A stretch of DNA of 28,369 bases. Source: Acutalibacteraceae bacterium (lineage in GTDB: Bacteria > Bacillota > Clostridia > Oscillospirales > Acutalibacteraceae). Under the pieces are notes generated by a model. That model searched no databases and had not been told where the DNA came from. It was given only the letters and a program-made list of their open reading frames with translations. Within the stretch, counting starts at the first letter, position 1. Each line of letters opens with the position of its first letter. The DNA lies in NCBI GenBank assembly GCA_036306845.1, contig JAXJYT010000082.1:1-28369 (forward strand), in the 5' to 3' direction. Positions 9,763 to 19,815 of the stretch are shown one piece after another. Position numbers and translations under genes: made by a program.

Positions 9763-10437
9763 ATGAAAAAAGAACAGGATAATCAAAAAAATGATGAGGT
9801 TGAGTCCATTAAGGAAATGGGCTCGGTACAAGCGTTTGACGGTAAGCACAAAATATTTTGTCTTACGATAATCGGTGAAATTGAAGGGCATACGGTATTG
9901 CCCGAGCAAAGCAAGACCACAAAGTATGAGCATATTATTCCGCAGCTCGTATCCATTGAAGAAAGCAAGGAAATAGAGGGTCTGCTTATAATCCTTAATA
10001 CCGTTGGCGGTGACGTTGAGGCGGGTCTTGCCTTGGCAGAGCTGATTTCGGGTATGAGTAAGCCTACCGTTACCTATGTTTTAGGCGGCGGTCATTCAAT
10101 CGGTGTTCCGTTGGCGGTATCTGGTAAGCGCTCGTTTATTGCGCCTTCGGCTACAATGACAATTCATCCTGTCAGAATGAACGGTCTTGTAATCGGTGTT
10201 CCGCAGATGATGAATCATTTTGCTCGTATGCAGGAGCGTATAACCGCCTTTGTGGAACGAAACTCAAGCATTTCATCAGAACGCTTTTGTGAGCTTATGA
10301 TGAATACGGGGGAGCTCGTAACCGACGTCGGTACTACGCTTAGCGGTGAAAAAGCGGTAAGTGAGGGGCTTATCGATTCACTCGGTAATCTTAGCGAGGT
10401 TATATCGGCGCTTTATGATTTAATAGAAGAAAAATAA
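9763..10437 (+). CDS. tepA: ClpP-family protease TepA
   Basis: [10 protein letters not shown]...[40 protein letters not shown]. Upstream of spoIIIE as in Bacillus. ATG 9763 follows GGAGG. Confidence 0.88.
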   Translation: MKKEQDNQKNDEVESIKEMGSVQAFDGKHKIFCLTIIGEIEGHTVLPEQSKTTKYEHIIPQLVSIEESKEIEGLLIILNTVGGDVEAGLALAELISGMSKPTVTYVLGGGHSIGVPLAVSGKRSFIAPSATMTIHPVRMNGLVIGVPQMMNHFARMQERITAFVERNSSISSERFCELMMNTGELVTDVGTTLSGEKAVSEGLIDSLGNLSEVISALYDLIEEK

Positions 10438-10473
10438 TGCCGGCTTTTGCCGGCTATGTGATGGAGAGTACAT

Positions 10474-12909
10474 ATGGCAACAAAAAAGAGGAAGAGCACA
10501 GCAGCCCAAAAACGCGCGCAAGTGACTTCAAGCCGCAACCGTCAGTTATATTCGGTTGTATGGTTTGCAGTAGCGTTGTTTTTGATGGCTATCGTATTTG
10601 TTAAGGGGGAAAACATCTGGAACGCTATACACGATTTTCTGTTTGGCGTGTTCGGTGTTACTGCATATTTTTATCCCTTCTTATTAGGTGCAGTTGCAGT
10701 GATTTTTGCTATGGATAGGGGCGGCTCTACCATAACCGCAAAGGTCACCGAATCGGTAGTGCTTTCTATGCTTGTCGGCGCTTGCATTGATATTTTCTCA
10801 AAGCATATCGAGGGGCAGACCTTCTGGAATCATCTTGTAACTTCATATCAAAGCGGTGTACTGAAAAAAAGCGGCGGATTTTTAGGCGCGCTTATCGGTG
10901 AGCCGATATTCCGTGCTTTCGGTAAAACAGGCGCCGCAATTACCGTAATATTGCTTATTTTTGTATTCCTTATGGTTATTACGGGCACCACGCTTATAGC
11001 GCTCTTTAAAACGATGATAAAGCCCGTGAAGGTTGTATCGGAGCAGGCGGGCAACGCTTATCAGGCGCGTGCCGAGCGTGAGGCCGAGAATACCAAAATG
11101 CAGGATAAGGGTAAGAAGGAGCTTAAGGTTATTAAGGGCTTTAACGTTGATATACCCGTTGATGCGCCCGATACAAGTGGCACTAAGCGCCGTGAAAGCC
11201 TTGAGAGTAAGCAAAGAAAATTGGTTGATTCTTACTATGACGGCGAAGAACATCCCGTAGCGGCAGAGCAATTAGGCGTAGTGGAGAACGAAAATTCAGG
11301 TGTTTCTGTGGATGAGGCGCTTGAAACCGCTAAGACCGAGGCAGAGGAAACTTCCGAAAAGCCCGAAAAGATAACGGTTGATTTCGAAAAGGAAACAACC
11401 GAAATGACCAATACGATAGAGGAAAACTATAATGAAGGTATCGGTTATATTCCGCCTCCGCTTACCTTGCTTGATGAGCGTAACAGTTCGGATGCGCTCA
11501 CCGTTGCGGCCGAGCTTGAAACCACCGCCGAACGCCTTGTTGAAACCCTTAAAAGCTTCGGCGTTGAGACAAGGGTTGTTGACGTAAGTCGCGGACCCAC
11601 GGTTACAAGGTATGAGCTTCAACCGCGCGCGGGTGTTAAAATCAGTAAAATTACAAGTCTTGCCGATGATATCGCACTTAATCTTGCAACGGCAGGTGTT
11701 CGTATAGAAGCGCCTATTCCCAATAAGGCGGCAGTCGGTATCGAGGTGCCTAATAAGGCAAGCGCCGTTGTCGGTGTTCGCGAAATAATCGAATCTTCGG
11801 CGTTTAGCGCATCTAAATCCAAGCTTACCGTTTCTATGGGTAGGGATATCGGCGGTAACGTTGTCGTTACCGATATCGGAAAGATGCCACACGGTCTTAT
11901 CGCGGGTGCTACGGGCTCAGGTAAATCGGTTTGCATTAACTCGATTATCGTAAGCCTTCTTTACAAGGCTTCGCCTGAGGACGTAAAGTTGCTTATGATA
12001 GATCCCAAGGTTGTAGAGCTTAGCGTATACAACGGTATTCCGCATTTGCTCGTTCCCGTTGTTACCGAGCCACGCAAGGCGGCAGGTGCACTCGGTTGGG
12101 CAGTAAGTGAGATGGAAAAGCGTTATCAGATGTTTGCAGATAGGGGCGTTCGTGATATTGCGGGCTATAATAAGTTTGTAGAATCGCTTGAGGATGAGCC
12201 CGATATTAAAAAAATGCCACATATCGTAATAATCGTTGATGAGCTTGCCGACCTTATGATGACCGCACCTCACGAGGTAGAGGACTCCATAAACCGCATA
12301 GCCGCTAAGGCGCGTGCGGCGGGTATGCATCTGCTTATCGCAACACAGCGCCCGTCGGTTGACGTTGTAACGGGTGTTATCAAGGCTAATATTCCCACAC
12401 GTATCGCCTTTGCAGTTTCTTCACAAATTGATAGCCGTACAATTCTTGACACGGCAGGCGCCGAAAAACTGCTTGGTCGCGGCGATATGCTCTTTAGCCC
12501 TGTTGGATCCACAAAACCCCGTCGTTTGCAGGGTTGCTTTGTAAGCGATGAAGCGGTTGAGCGCGTAGTTGAGATTGTAAAGAGCGGTATTTCGGCTAAA
12601 TACGATGATAACGTTATGGTTGAAATTGAGCGTCAGGCGGCTATGGAAAAGCAGAAGAAAACAGGACTTCCCGAGGATGCTCCTGACGGTGACCCGATGC
12701 TTGACGAGGCTATTCGCGTTGTCGTTGAAAACGGTCAGGCTTCTACCTCCTTACTGCAAAGAAAGTTGAAGCTTGGATATGCACGCGCCGCCCGCATCGT
12801 TGATGAGATGGAGGAGCGTGGCGTGGTAGGTCCCTACGAGGGCTCAAAGCCGCGTAAGGTGCTTATAACTATGGATCAGCTTATGGAAAAGGAAGCTTCC
12901 GAAGAATGA
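10474..12909 (+). CDS. ftsK: DNA translocase FtsK/SpoIIIE
   Basis: N-terminal TM domain, GPTVTRYE, AGATGSGKSV, IDPKVVEL, VDELADLM, ATQRPSVDV, gamma domain STSLLQRKLKLGYARAARIVD. Confidence 0.97.
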   Translation: MATKKRKSTAAQKRAQVTSSRNRQLYSVVWFAVALFLMAIVFVKGENIWNAIHDFLFGVFGVTAYFYPFLLGAVAVIFAMDRGGSTITAKVTESVVLSMLVGACIDIFSKHIEGQTFWNHLVTSYQSGVLKKSGGFLGALIGEPIFRAFGKTGAAITVILLIFVFLMVITGTTLIALFKTMIKPVKVVSEQAGNAYQARAEREAENTKMQDKGKKELKVIKGFNVDIPVDAPDTSGTKRRESLESKQRKLVDSYYDGEEHPVAAEQLGVVENENSGVSVDEALETAKTEAEETSEKPEKITVDFEKETTEMTNTIEENYNEGIGYIPPPLTLLDERNSSDALTVAAELETTAERLVETLKSFGVETRVVDVSRGPTVTRYELQPRAGVKISKITSLADDIALNLATAGVRIEAPIPNKAAVGIEVPNKASAVVGVREIIESSAFSASKSKLTVSMGRDIGGNVVVTDIGKMPHGLIAGATGSGKSVCINSIIVSLLYKASPEDVKLLMIDPKVVELSVYNGIPHLLVPVVTEPRKAAGALGWAVSEMEKRYQMFADRGVRDIAGYNKFVESLEDEPDIKKMPHIVIIVDELADLMMTAPHEVEDSINRIAAKARAAGMHLLIATQRPSVDVVTGVIKANIPTRIAFAVSSQIDSRTILDTAGAEKLLGRGDMLFSPVGSTKPRRLQGCFVSDEAVERVVEIVKSGISAKYDDNVMVEIERQAAMEKQKKTGLPEDAPDGDPMLDEAIRVVVENGQASTSLLQRKLKLGYARAARIVDEMEERGVVGPYEGSKPRKVLITMDQLMEKEASEE

Positions 12910-13829
12910 ACAAATATAAGCTAAAGTCAACAATACGCATTACCGCTATAACCATTATTACGGTTATAGCGGTATGCTCGCTTTTAATTACCTTCGCAGG
13001 CGGTAAAAGTATACCGTCGTGGAACGAAATATACAGCGGTCTTGGAATGAACGCCACCGATAACGGTGCGCAAAATTACGTAAGCTTTCTTGACGTGGGT
13101 CAGGGTGACAGTATTTTAATACATTCTAAGGGCAGAAGCGCGCTTATTGATGCATCAACGTTAAGTTTTGGTGATATAATATGTGATAAGCTACGCGCAA
13201 ACGGAATTAAAAGTCTTGATTTGATGATGCTATCCCATAATCACGATGACCATTACGGCGGTGCCGAGCGTGTAGTTTCACGGATGATGGTGGATAATCT
13301 GATTATGCCCGACTTAATGGGCAGTAAAAGTCCTACGGCTACAATTACCGAAATTAGAAATGACGTACTTGCAGATGAAGGCGAATGCTTTGTCGCAAAG
13401 CAGGGTATGAACGTTAATATCGGTGATTTTACGGTAACGGTTCTTGCTCATTATAAGGATGAAGAAAACGAAAATAACCGCTCAATCTTTGCGGTAGCCG
13501 AATGTCAGGGAGTACGTTTTTTGTTTACGGGTGATGCCGAGGATGACGTGGAAAAGCGACTACTGAAGGAGGGGCTTGACCTTAAATGCGACGTATTAAA
13601 GGTCGGCCATCACGGCGCTAAAACTTCAACCTCACAAAAGTTTATTGATGCCACTAAGCCTAAATACGCCGTAATTTCGGTAGGGGAAGGGAATCAGTAT
13701 TCCCATCCGCACGAGGCTACCATTTCAAGGCTTTATGAATCAGGTATAGATTTTTACCGCACCGATATACACGGTGACGTAACCTTTTATATAAACGACG
13801 GTAAAATGAATATAAAAACCACAAAGTAA
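12906..13829 (+). CDS. ComEC/Rec2-like metallo-beta-lactamase-fold hydrolase with N-terminal anchor
   Basis: FLDVGQGDS, SHNHDDHYGG (HxHxDH), LFTGDAE, LKVGHHG, ISVG..N.Y.HP; no ComEC membrane Competence domain. Confidence 0.9.
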   Translation: MNKYKLKSTIRITAITIITVIAVCSLLITFAGGKSIPSWNEIYSGLGMNATDNGAQNYVSFLDVGQGDSILIHSKGRSALIDASTLSFGDIICDKLRANGIKSLDLMMLSHNHDDHYGGAERVVSRMMVDNLIMPDLMGSKSPTATITEIRNDVLADEGECFVAKQGMNVNIGDFTVTVLAHYKDEENENNRSIFAVAECQGVRFLFTGDAEDDVEKRLLKEGLDLKCDVLKVGHHGAKTSTSQKFIDATKPKYAVISVGEGNQYSHPHEATISRLYESGIDFYRTDIHGDVTFYINDGKMNIKTTK

Positions 13830-13841
13830 GGAGAAGGTATT

Positions 13842-14549
13842 ATGTATCCTACACCCCATATCAATGCAACACCCTCTGATTTCGCTAAAACTGTACTGAT
13901 GCCGGGTGACCCCTTGCGTGCAAAATTTATTGCCGAAAATTTTTTGAGTGATGCGCGACTTGTTAATAACGTACGCGGTATATCGGGATATACGGGCACG
14001 TATAAGGGGGAAAGGATAAGCGTTATGGCAAGCGGTATGGGTATGCCGTCTATCGCAATATATTCTTATGAGCTTTATAACATTTTCGGCGTGGAAAATA
14101 TTATCCGTGTAGGTTCGGCGGGTGCGATAAGTCCTGACCTTCACGTGCGAGATATCGTAATCGGTATGGGCGCTTGTACCAATTCGGCTTATGCCGATTC
14201 ATTCGGTCTTAACGGCACCTTTGCGCCGATTTGCAGCTATAAATTGCTAAAGGAATGTACGTTAACCGCCGAAACCTTGGGTGTTAAATGCTTTGTAGGT
14301 AATTTGTTGTCATCGGATACCTTTTATTCTGAGCAGAATACTGCCGATTGGGGTAAAATGGGTGTTCTGGCGGTTGAAATGGAGGCGGCGGCGCTTTATA
14401 TGAATGCCGCACGTGCGGGTAAAAACGCTTTGGCGATATGCACCGTATCCGACCATATATTAACGGGCGAGGCAACGACGGCAGAGGAACGCGAAAGCAC
14501 GTTTAATGAAATGATAACCTTAGCGCTTGAAACTGCTATTAAATTATAA
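13842..14549 (+). CDS. deoD: Purine nucleoside phosphorylase DeoD-type
   Basis: TPHINA, LMPGDPLRAK, SGMGMPS, IRVGSAG, VEMEAA, TVSDH. Confidence 0.97.
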   Translation: MYPTPHINATPSDFAKTVLMPGDPLRAKFIAENFLSDARLVNNVRGISGYTGTYKGERISVMASGMGMPSIAIYSYELYNIFGVENIIRVGSAGAISPDLHVRDIVIGMGACTNSAYADSFGLNGTFAPICSYKLLKECTLTAETLGVKCFVGNLLSSDTFYSEQNTADWGKMGVLAVEMEAAALYMNAARAGKNALAICTVSDHILTGEATTAEERESTFNEMITLALETAIKL

Positions 14550-14564
14550 TAATTGGGTGGTATT

Positions 14565-15497
14565 ATGAAAACCTACGATTCTTTGATTGGTCTTATCGGC
14601 AATACACCGCTTTTAAGACTTAAAAATATTGAAAATAAGCTTGGTCTTTGTGCCAACGTTTATGCAAAGCTTGAATATTTGAATCCCGCAGGCTCTACAA
14701 AGGACCGCGCGGCGTTGTATATGATAGAGTGTGCCGAGCGTGAGGGTAAGCTTCACGGTAATTCGGTTATAATAGAGCCAACGTCGGGGAATACGGGTAT
14801 CGGACTTGCCGCAGTTTCTGCAGTAAAGGGATACCGCACTATTATTGTTATGCCCGATAATATGTCTAAAGAGCGTATTATGATTATGCGCGCTTACGGC
14901 GCCGAAGTAATACTTACCAACGGCTCACTCGGTATGAAGGGCGCTATTGCTCGTGCAGAAGAATTAGCAAGCGAGATTCCCGATGCCTTTATTCCGTCGC
15001 AGTTTGATAACAAGAATAACGCGCTTGCACATTTTGAAACAACCGGTCCCGAAATATACGATGCATTAGACGGTAATATAGATGCCTTCGTTGCGGGCGT
15101 TGGTACGGGCGGCACGATAACGGGTACGGGAAGGTATCTTAAATCAAAGATAGATAATGTAAAAATAATTGCGGTAGAACCTAAAAATTCGCCATATCTT
15201 TCCGAAGGTAAAAGCGGCGCACACGGTATTCAGGGTATCGGTGCGGGCTTTATACCCACGGTGCTTGATACCGACGTTTACGACAGCATTGTAACCGTTA
15301 CCGAGCAGGATGCCTTTAATGCCGCACGAAGTCTTGGAAAAAGTGAAGGCGTGCTTGTCGGTATATCCTCGGGCGCGGCATTATATGCGGCAACAGAGCT
15401 TGCAAAGACTTCGGAATATGCAGGCAAAAATATAGTGGTGTTACTGCCTGATACGGGGGACAGATATCTTTCAACACCGCTTTTTGAAGAGGACTGA
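14565..15497 (+). CDS. cysK: Cysteine synthase A
   Basis: IGNTPL, NPAGSTKDR (PLP Lys), EPTSGNTG, GVGTGGT, HGIQGIGAG, PDTGDRYLST. Confidence 0.95.
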   Translation: MKTYDSLIGLIGNTPLLRLKNIENKLGLCANVYAKLEYLNPAGSTKDRAALYMIECAEREGKLHGNSVIIEPTSGNTGIGLAAVSAVKGYRTIIVMPDNMSKERIMIMRAYGAEVILTNGSLGMKGAIARAEELASEIPDAFIPSQFDNKNNALAHFETTGPEIYDALDGNIDAFVAGVGTGGTITGTGRYLKSKIDNVKIIAVEPKNSPYLSEGKSGAHGIQGIGAGFIPTVLDTDVYDSIVTVTEQDAFNAARSLGKSEGVLVGISSGAALYAATELAKTSEYAGKNIVVLLPDTGDRYLSTPLFEED

Positions 15498-15504
15498 TAT
15501 AATA

Positions 15505-16209
15505 ATGGACTTTCTTAAAAGAACCGAAATGCTCATAGGTCCCGATGCCATAGAAAAACTTAAAGGCGCACGCGTTGCGGTGTTTGGCGCAGGGGGTGTA
15601 GGTTGCGCGGTAATCGAGGCGCTTGCCCGCGCGGGAATAGGCGCGATAGATATTATTGATAACGATACCTATAGCCAAACCAATCTTAACCGTCAGCTTT
15701 TTGCAACCGTGGATACTATTGGTCAAAAAAAGACCGATATAGCGGCACTTAGAATAGCATCCATTAATCCCGACTGCAAGGTAGTAAAGCACGATATGTT
15801 CTACTTGCCCGAAAATGCCGATAAATTACCGCTTGAAGCTTATGATTATATAGTCGACGCAATTGATACGGTGAGCGCTAAAATTGAACTTGCAGTGCGC
15901 GCTCAAAAGCTTGGGGTGCCGATTATAAGCTCAATGGGTACGGGTAATAAGCTTGATGCTACCGCATTCGAGATAGATGATATATATAAGACAAGCGTGT
16001 GTCCCTTGGCACGTGTACTCCGTATAAAACTAAAGGAGCGCGGCGTGAAAAGACTCAAGGTTGTATATTCAAAGGAAGCGCCGCTTACACCTAAGGAAAA
16101 GCTTACCGCCCAGAATACGCGCCGTGATATACCCGCGTCAATTTCCTTCGTGCCAAGCGTGGCAGGCTTTATTATTGCGGGCGAGGTAATTAAGGATATA
16201 ATAAAATAA
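15505..16209 (+). CDS. tcdA: tRNA threonylcarbamoyladenosine dehydratase (ThiF/E1-like)
   Basis: VFGAGGVG, TNLNRQ, YIVDAID, SSMGTGNK, CPLAR, VVYSKE, ASISFVPSVAG. Confidence 0.88.
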   Translation: MDFLKRTEMLIGPDAIEKLKGARVAVFGAGGVGCAVIEALARAGIGAIDIIDNDTYSQTNLNRQLFATVDTIGQKKTDIAALRIASINPDCKVVKHDMFYLPENADKLPLEAYDYIVDAIDTVSAKIELAVRAQKLGVPIISSMGTGNKLDATAFEIDDIYKTSVCPLARVLRIKLKERGVKRLKVVYSKEAPLTPKEKLTAQNTRRDIPASISFVPSVAGFIIAGEVIKDIIK

Positions 16210-16276
16210 AACAAACCCTCTTTCAAATTTGTACGGACGGTACATTAATGTATATAAACTTAATATTATGCAACAT

Positions 16277-16311
16277 ACTGACATCGCTTTTTAAGTGGTG
16301 TCAGTTTTTTT
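16277..16311 (+). terminator. Intrinsic terminator closing the tepA-tcdA operon
   Basis: ACTGACATCGC/GTGGTGTCAGT stem (with G-U pairs) followed by a T7 tract. Confidence 0.85.
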
Positions 16312-16393
16312 ATTGTCCTTTTCGCAGGACTTGTACATTGTCAAATCGGGCGGTTTTGCATATTATGATAAAAAAGCTTTAAAGGGTGATTTT

Positions 16394-16882
16394 ATGAACG
16401 GTAAAACCGTTGAGGATTACAAAAGGGAAATGCTCGAAATGTATACTCGCGCACAAAGCGTAGCGGTAGCCGCCACACCGAGTGAGAATTTGAGTGACTT
16501 TTCTGGCGGACTTCAGATAAATGCTACAACGCTTCGCCGTATTCTTCCTGTAGAGGGTGCCGTAGTAACCGTGTTTACGGGGTCATCAGACAGTCCTACA
16601 GTAATAGAAACCGACATTACCGATAATAGCGGTAAAACGGGTGTCTTTAAGCTTGCTACACCAAACCGCGCTTTTTCCGAAAACGCCACGAGCGAAGAAA
16701 CACCTTACGCGCTTTATAACGCTCGTGTCAAGGCGGACGGCTATGTAGAGCGTATTTTTATGAATATCCCCGTGTTTTCCGGTGTCGTATCGGTGCAAGG
16801 CGTAGACCTTGTATCAATTTCTGCGGCGGGGGATAATAACGAACCGCAAGTCAGTGATGAGTTGCCCGATTATAACCTGTAA
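16394..16882 (+). CDS. SleC pre-domain-like (prealbumin/carboxypeptidase-regulatory-like fold) protein
   Basis: GGLQINA....LPVEGAVVTV...TDNSGKTG.F.L.TP....S......PYALYNARVKADGY.......VF.G..S.Q.V.L resembles the N-terminal pre-sequence of clostridial SleC as recalled. ATG 16394 follows AAGGGTGA. Confidence 0.75.
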   Translation: MNGKTVEDYKREMLEMYTRAQSVAVAATPSENLSDFSGGLQINATTLRRILPVEGAVVTVFTGSSDSPTVIETDITDNSGKTGVFKLATPNRAFSENATSEETPYALYNARVKADGYVERIFMNIPVFSGVVSVQGVDLVSISAAGDNNEPQVSDELPDYNL

Positions 16883-16897
16883 GAAAGGCGGATTAAT

Positions 16898-18268
16898 ATG
16901 CCCGAAATACTGACCCCGCAAATCCCCGAAAATATAACGGTGCACTTGGGAGCGCCGAGCGCTACAGCTAAGAATGTAACGGTAAGTTTTCCCGATTACA
17001 TAAAAAACGTAGCCTCAAGTGAGATATATCCCACCTGGCCTGAGTCGGCACTCAGGGCTAATATCTATGCAATTATATCCTTTGCGCTTAACCGCATTTA
17101 TACCGAATGGTATCCTTCACGCGGTTATGACTTTGATATAACAAACACTACTCAATTTGACCAGGCATTCGTACCGGACCGCGAAATTTACGGTAATATA
17201 AGCAGAATAGTAGATGAAATTTTTAACGATTACGTTGTGCGGCAGGGTAGTATACAACCGCTCTTTACACAATTTTGCAACGGTACAACGTCAACCTGCG
17301 ACGGCTTGTCCCAGTGGGGTACAGTTAATCTTGCCGAGCAGGGACTTACCCCTTTTTCGATTCTTCAAAGGTATTACGGAAATGATATCGGTATTGTAGA
17401 AAATGCTCCCGTTGCCGATGAAGCAGGCTCGTATCCGGGTGTACCGCTCACTTTAGGGGATAGCGGTAACAATGTAAAAATCATTCAGGAGGAGCTTAAC
17501 CGCATATCGCAAAACTACCCTGCAATTCCCAAAATAGCAGAGGAAAACGGAATATTCGGTGTGGATACCGAAGCCGCGGTGCGTGAATTTCAAGAAATAT
17601 TCGATTTGAACCCGAGCGGGCAGGTTGATAAAAGCACATGGTATAGAATAAAGCAGTACTACGTCGGTGTAAAAAGTCTTTCCGAACTTGTCAGTGAGGG
17701 CGTTACGATAGATGAAGCGCGCGTACCCTTCCAGACCGTGCTTCGCGAGGGTTCAACGGGAATTGGTGTTAAAACGATACAGTATTATTTAAACATAATA
17801 GCCTATTTCAATTCCTCGCTTAACTTATCTCCGCTTGACGGTGTATTTGGTCCCGCAACCGCGCAGGCAGTAAGGGATTTTCAAAGCTTTTACGGACTTC
17901 CTGTAACGGGAATAGTGAATACTGCCACATGGAATACTATGACGCGGATTTATGCGCAGACAGTGGCATCCTTGCCCGAAGGCTATTCGGGACAAAACGC
18001 AAAGCTTTATCCGGGCAGTGTATTAAGCATTGGTATAAGTAATGATAACGTGAGGGATTTACAGACCTATTTGTCCTTTATAGGAAGATATTATGCGGAA
18101 ATACCCGAAATCCCCGTAACGGGATATTACGGCACACAAACGCGTGATGCCGTAAGGGCATTTCAGTCGCTTTTCGGAATAAATCCAACCGGTGCGGTGG
18201 GTCCTGTGACCTGGAACACGATAGCATCACAGTATGATTTTTTAGTTTCTACCGAGGGTGTAGGTTAA
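16898..18268 (+). CDS. sleC: Spore cortex-lytic enzyme, SleC-like (SpoIID-type catalytic domain plus 3 peptidoglycan-binding domains)
   Basis: IPENITVHLG, F.DYIKNVASSEIYPTWP, ANIYAIISFALNRIYTEWY, QPLFTQFCNG, LSQWG, and three PG_binding_1 repeats (L..G.SG..VK.IQ..LN; G.FG..T..AV..FQ..FGL). Confidence 0.88.
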   Translation: MPEILTPQIPENITVHLGAPSATAKNVTVSFPDYIKNVASSEIYPTWPESALRANIYAIISFALNRIYTEWYPSRGYDFDITNTTQFDQAFVPDREIYGNISRIVDEIFNDYVVRQGSIQPLFTQFCNGTTSTCDGLSQWGTVNLAEQGLTPFSILQRYYGNDIGIVENAPVADEAGSYPGVPLTLGDSGNNVKIIQEELNRISQNYPAIPKIAEENGIFGVDTEAAVREFQEIFDLNPSGQVDKSTWYRIKQYYVGVKSLSELVSEGVTIDEARVPFQTVLREGSTGIGVKTIQYYLNIIAYFNSSLNLSPLDGVFGPATAQAVRDFQSFYGLPVTGIVNTATWNTMTRIYAQTVASLPEGYSGQNAKLYPGSVLSIGISNDNVRDLQTYLSFIGRYYAEIPEIPVTGYYGTQTRDAVRAFQSLFGINPTGAVGPVTWNTIASQYDFLVSTEGVG

Positions 18269-18271
18269 ATT

Positions 18272-18300
18272 GTATTTTTGGAATAATTTTGATAATACTA
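18272..18300 (+). promoter_or_regulatory. Putative forespore SigG/SigF promoter for the ger operon
   Basis: GTATT (18272-18276), 17 bp spacer, AATACTA (18294-18300); close to the SigG consensus GHATR-17/18-MATAMTA. Confidence 0.5.
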
Positions 18301-18330
18301 ATCACAAATAAACTCTTTAGGGGGCTTTTT

Positions 18331-19815
18331 GTGAGCGGTAGAGTAACCGACTATGATAGCTTATCACTTACGGGTAATATAGATACGGATATTAAATTAT
18401 TTAAGGATATTTTTAGTCGCGATGATATATTAAGAACAAGAAGAATTGGCGTGGGTGAAACGGATACCGCCTGCGCCCTTCTTTTTATGGACGGTATGGT
18501 TAACACCGAAATATTAGGTGAAATGGTAGTACGCCCCGTTGTAAATGCTAAAGTGAGCGAGATAATTACTGCCGATTATATGGCGCACAGTATACTTTAT
18601 GCAAGTGATCTTAATAAAACCGAAAGCGTTGCCGACATACTTCGCGGAATACTTTACGGTGATACGGTATTACTGCTTGATGGAAGTACCGCGGCACTTG
18701 TAATAAATACAAAAGGATGGCGCACCCGCGGTATATCCGAGCCACAGAACGAGCGTGTGCTTAAGGGTCCGCGTGAGGGCTTTGATGAGGCGGCAATGCT
18801 TAATATTGCTATGATAAGGCGTCGACTGCTAACCCCTGATTTATGTGTAGAGATGCTTAGAATCGGAAGGCGTAGTGACACCCTTGTTTTCGTATGCTAT
18901 CTTGGTACGCTTGCCGATAAAGCTATACTTTCCAAATTGAAGAAAAGGCTCAGTAAAATAGATATAGATGGGATACTTGACAGTAATTATATTTCCGAAT
19001 ATATAGACGATTATAAGGGCGGACTTCTAAAAACTATAGGCAGTACCGAAAAGCCCGACGTTGTGGCGGCGCGCTTACTTGAGGGCAGAATCGCCCTCGT
19101 TGTAGACGGAACCCCCGTTGTACTGACATTACCTTATTTGTTTGCGGAAAGCTTTCAGTCGGACGAAGATTATTATCTTGGCTTTACGGTGGCAACGGTA
19201 GGCAGACTGCTACGGTGGCTCTGCTTTTTTGCGGCGGTCAGTGTACCCGCCTTGTTTGTAGCTCTTACTACGTATAATTTGAAGCTTTTACCAACCCATC
19301 TTTTGTTATCAATTACCGAGCTTCGTGCAGGGGTGCCGATGTCGGCGGTGCTTGAATGTATAGTGCTTGTTATTATGTTTGAAATATTAAAACAGGCGGG
19401 ACTTCGTATGCCGCAAAGCGTTGGACAAGCTCTTGGTATAGTTGGCGGTCTTGTTGTGGGACAGGCGGCGGTAGAGGCACGTATTATAAGCGCGCCCATG
19501 CTAATAGCCGTATCATTTGGAAGCATTGCGGGGCTTGTGGTGCCACAACTTCAGGGAGTAGTATTCTATGTGCGGCTTTTATCTGTGGTTGTTGCGGCAT
19601 TCTTGGGTGTTTTTGGTCTGATTTTACTCTATTTTCTTTTGTGTATAAGACTTTTTTCAATAAATTCTTTCGGAGCCGATTACACCGAGGGTATAGGTGA
19701 GGCAACCTTCCAAAGCCTGAAGGATACAATTATAAGAGCATCGTGGCGCGATATGATAAAACGGCCGATTTTCAATAGGAATATCATAAGAAACGGGGGA
19801 TACCGTCGGTGGTAA
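18331..19815 (+). CDS. gerKA: Spore germination receptor subunit A (GerA/GerKA family)
   Basis: R.ISEP.NE.VL.GPREGF.E, TEKPDVVAARLLEGRIALVVDGTP, FQS.EDYY, FEILKQAGLRMP, IVGGLVVGQAAVEA. GTG start chosen after AGGGG; start position uncertain. Confidence 0.92.
   Translation: MSGRVTDYDSLSLTGNIDTDIKLFKDIFSRDDILRTRRIGVGETDTACALLFMDGMVNTEILGEMVVRPVVNAKVSEIITADYMAHSILYASDLNKTESVADILRGILYGDTVLLLDGSTAALVINTKGWRTRGISEPQNERVLKGPREGFDEAAMLNIAMIRRRLLTPDLCVEMLRIGRRSDTLVFVCYLGTLADKAILSKLKKRLSKIDIDGILDSNYISEYIDDYKGGLLKTIGSTEKPDVVAARLLEGRIALVVDGTPVVLTLPYLFAESFQSDEDYYLGFTVATVGRLLRWLCFFAAVSVPALFVALTTYNLKLLPTHLLLSITELRAGVPMSAVLECIVLVIMFEILKQAGLRMPQSVGQALGIVGGLVVGQAAVEARIISAPMLIAVSFGSIAGLVVPQLQGVVFYVRLLSVVVAAFLGVFGLILLYFLLCIRLFSINSFGADYTEGIGEATFQSLKDTIIRASWRDMIKRPIFNRNIIRNGGYRRW

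Noticed and set aside
10439..10454. GCCGGC-TTTT-GCCGGC hairpin between tepA and ftsK
   Set aside because: No U tract, so not a terminator. The 36-nt gap is also too short for a ylzJ gene.
16241..16252. Perfect palindrome TACATTAATGTA after tcdA
   Set aside because: Short, AT-rich, upstream of the terminator, and no supporting context.
16335..16366. Sporulation sigma promoter (CATATTAT at 16359-16366) for the split sleC
   Set aside because: The -10 is plausible, but no -35 at SigE, SigK or SigG spacing was found, so it was not called.
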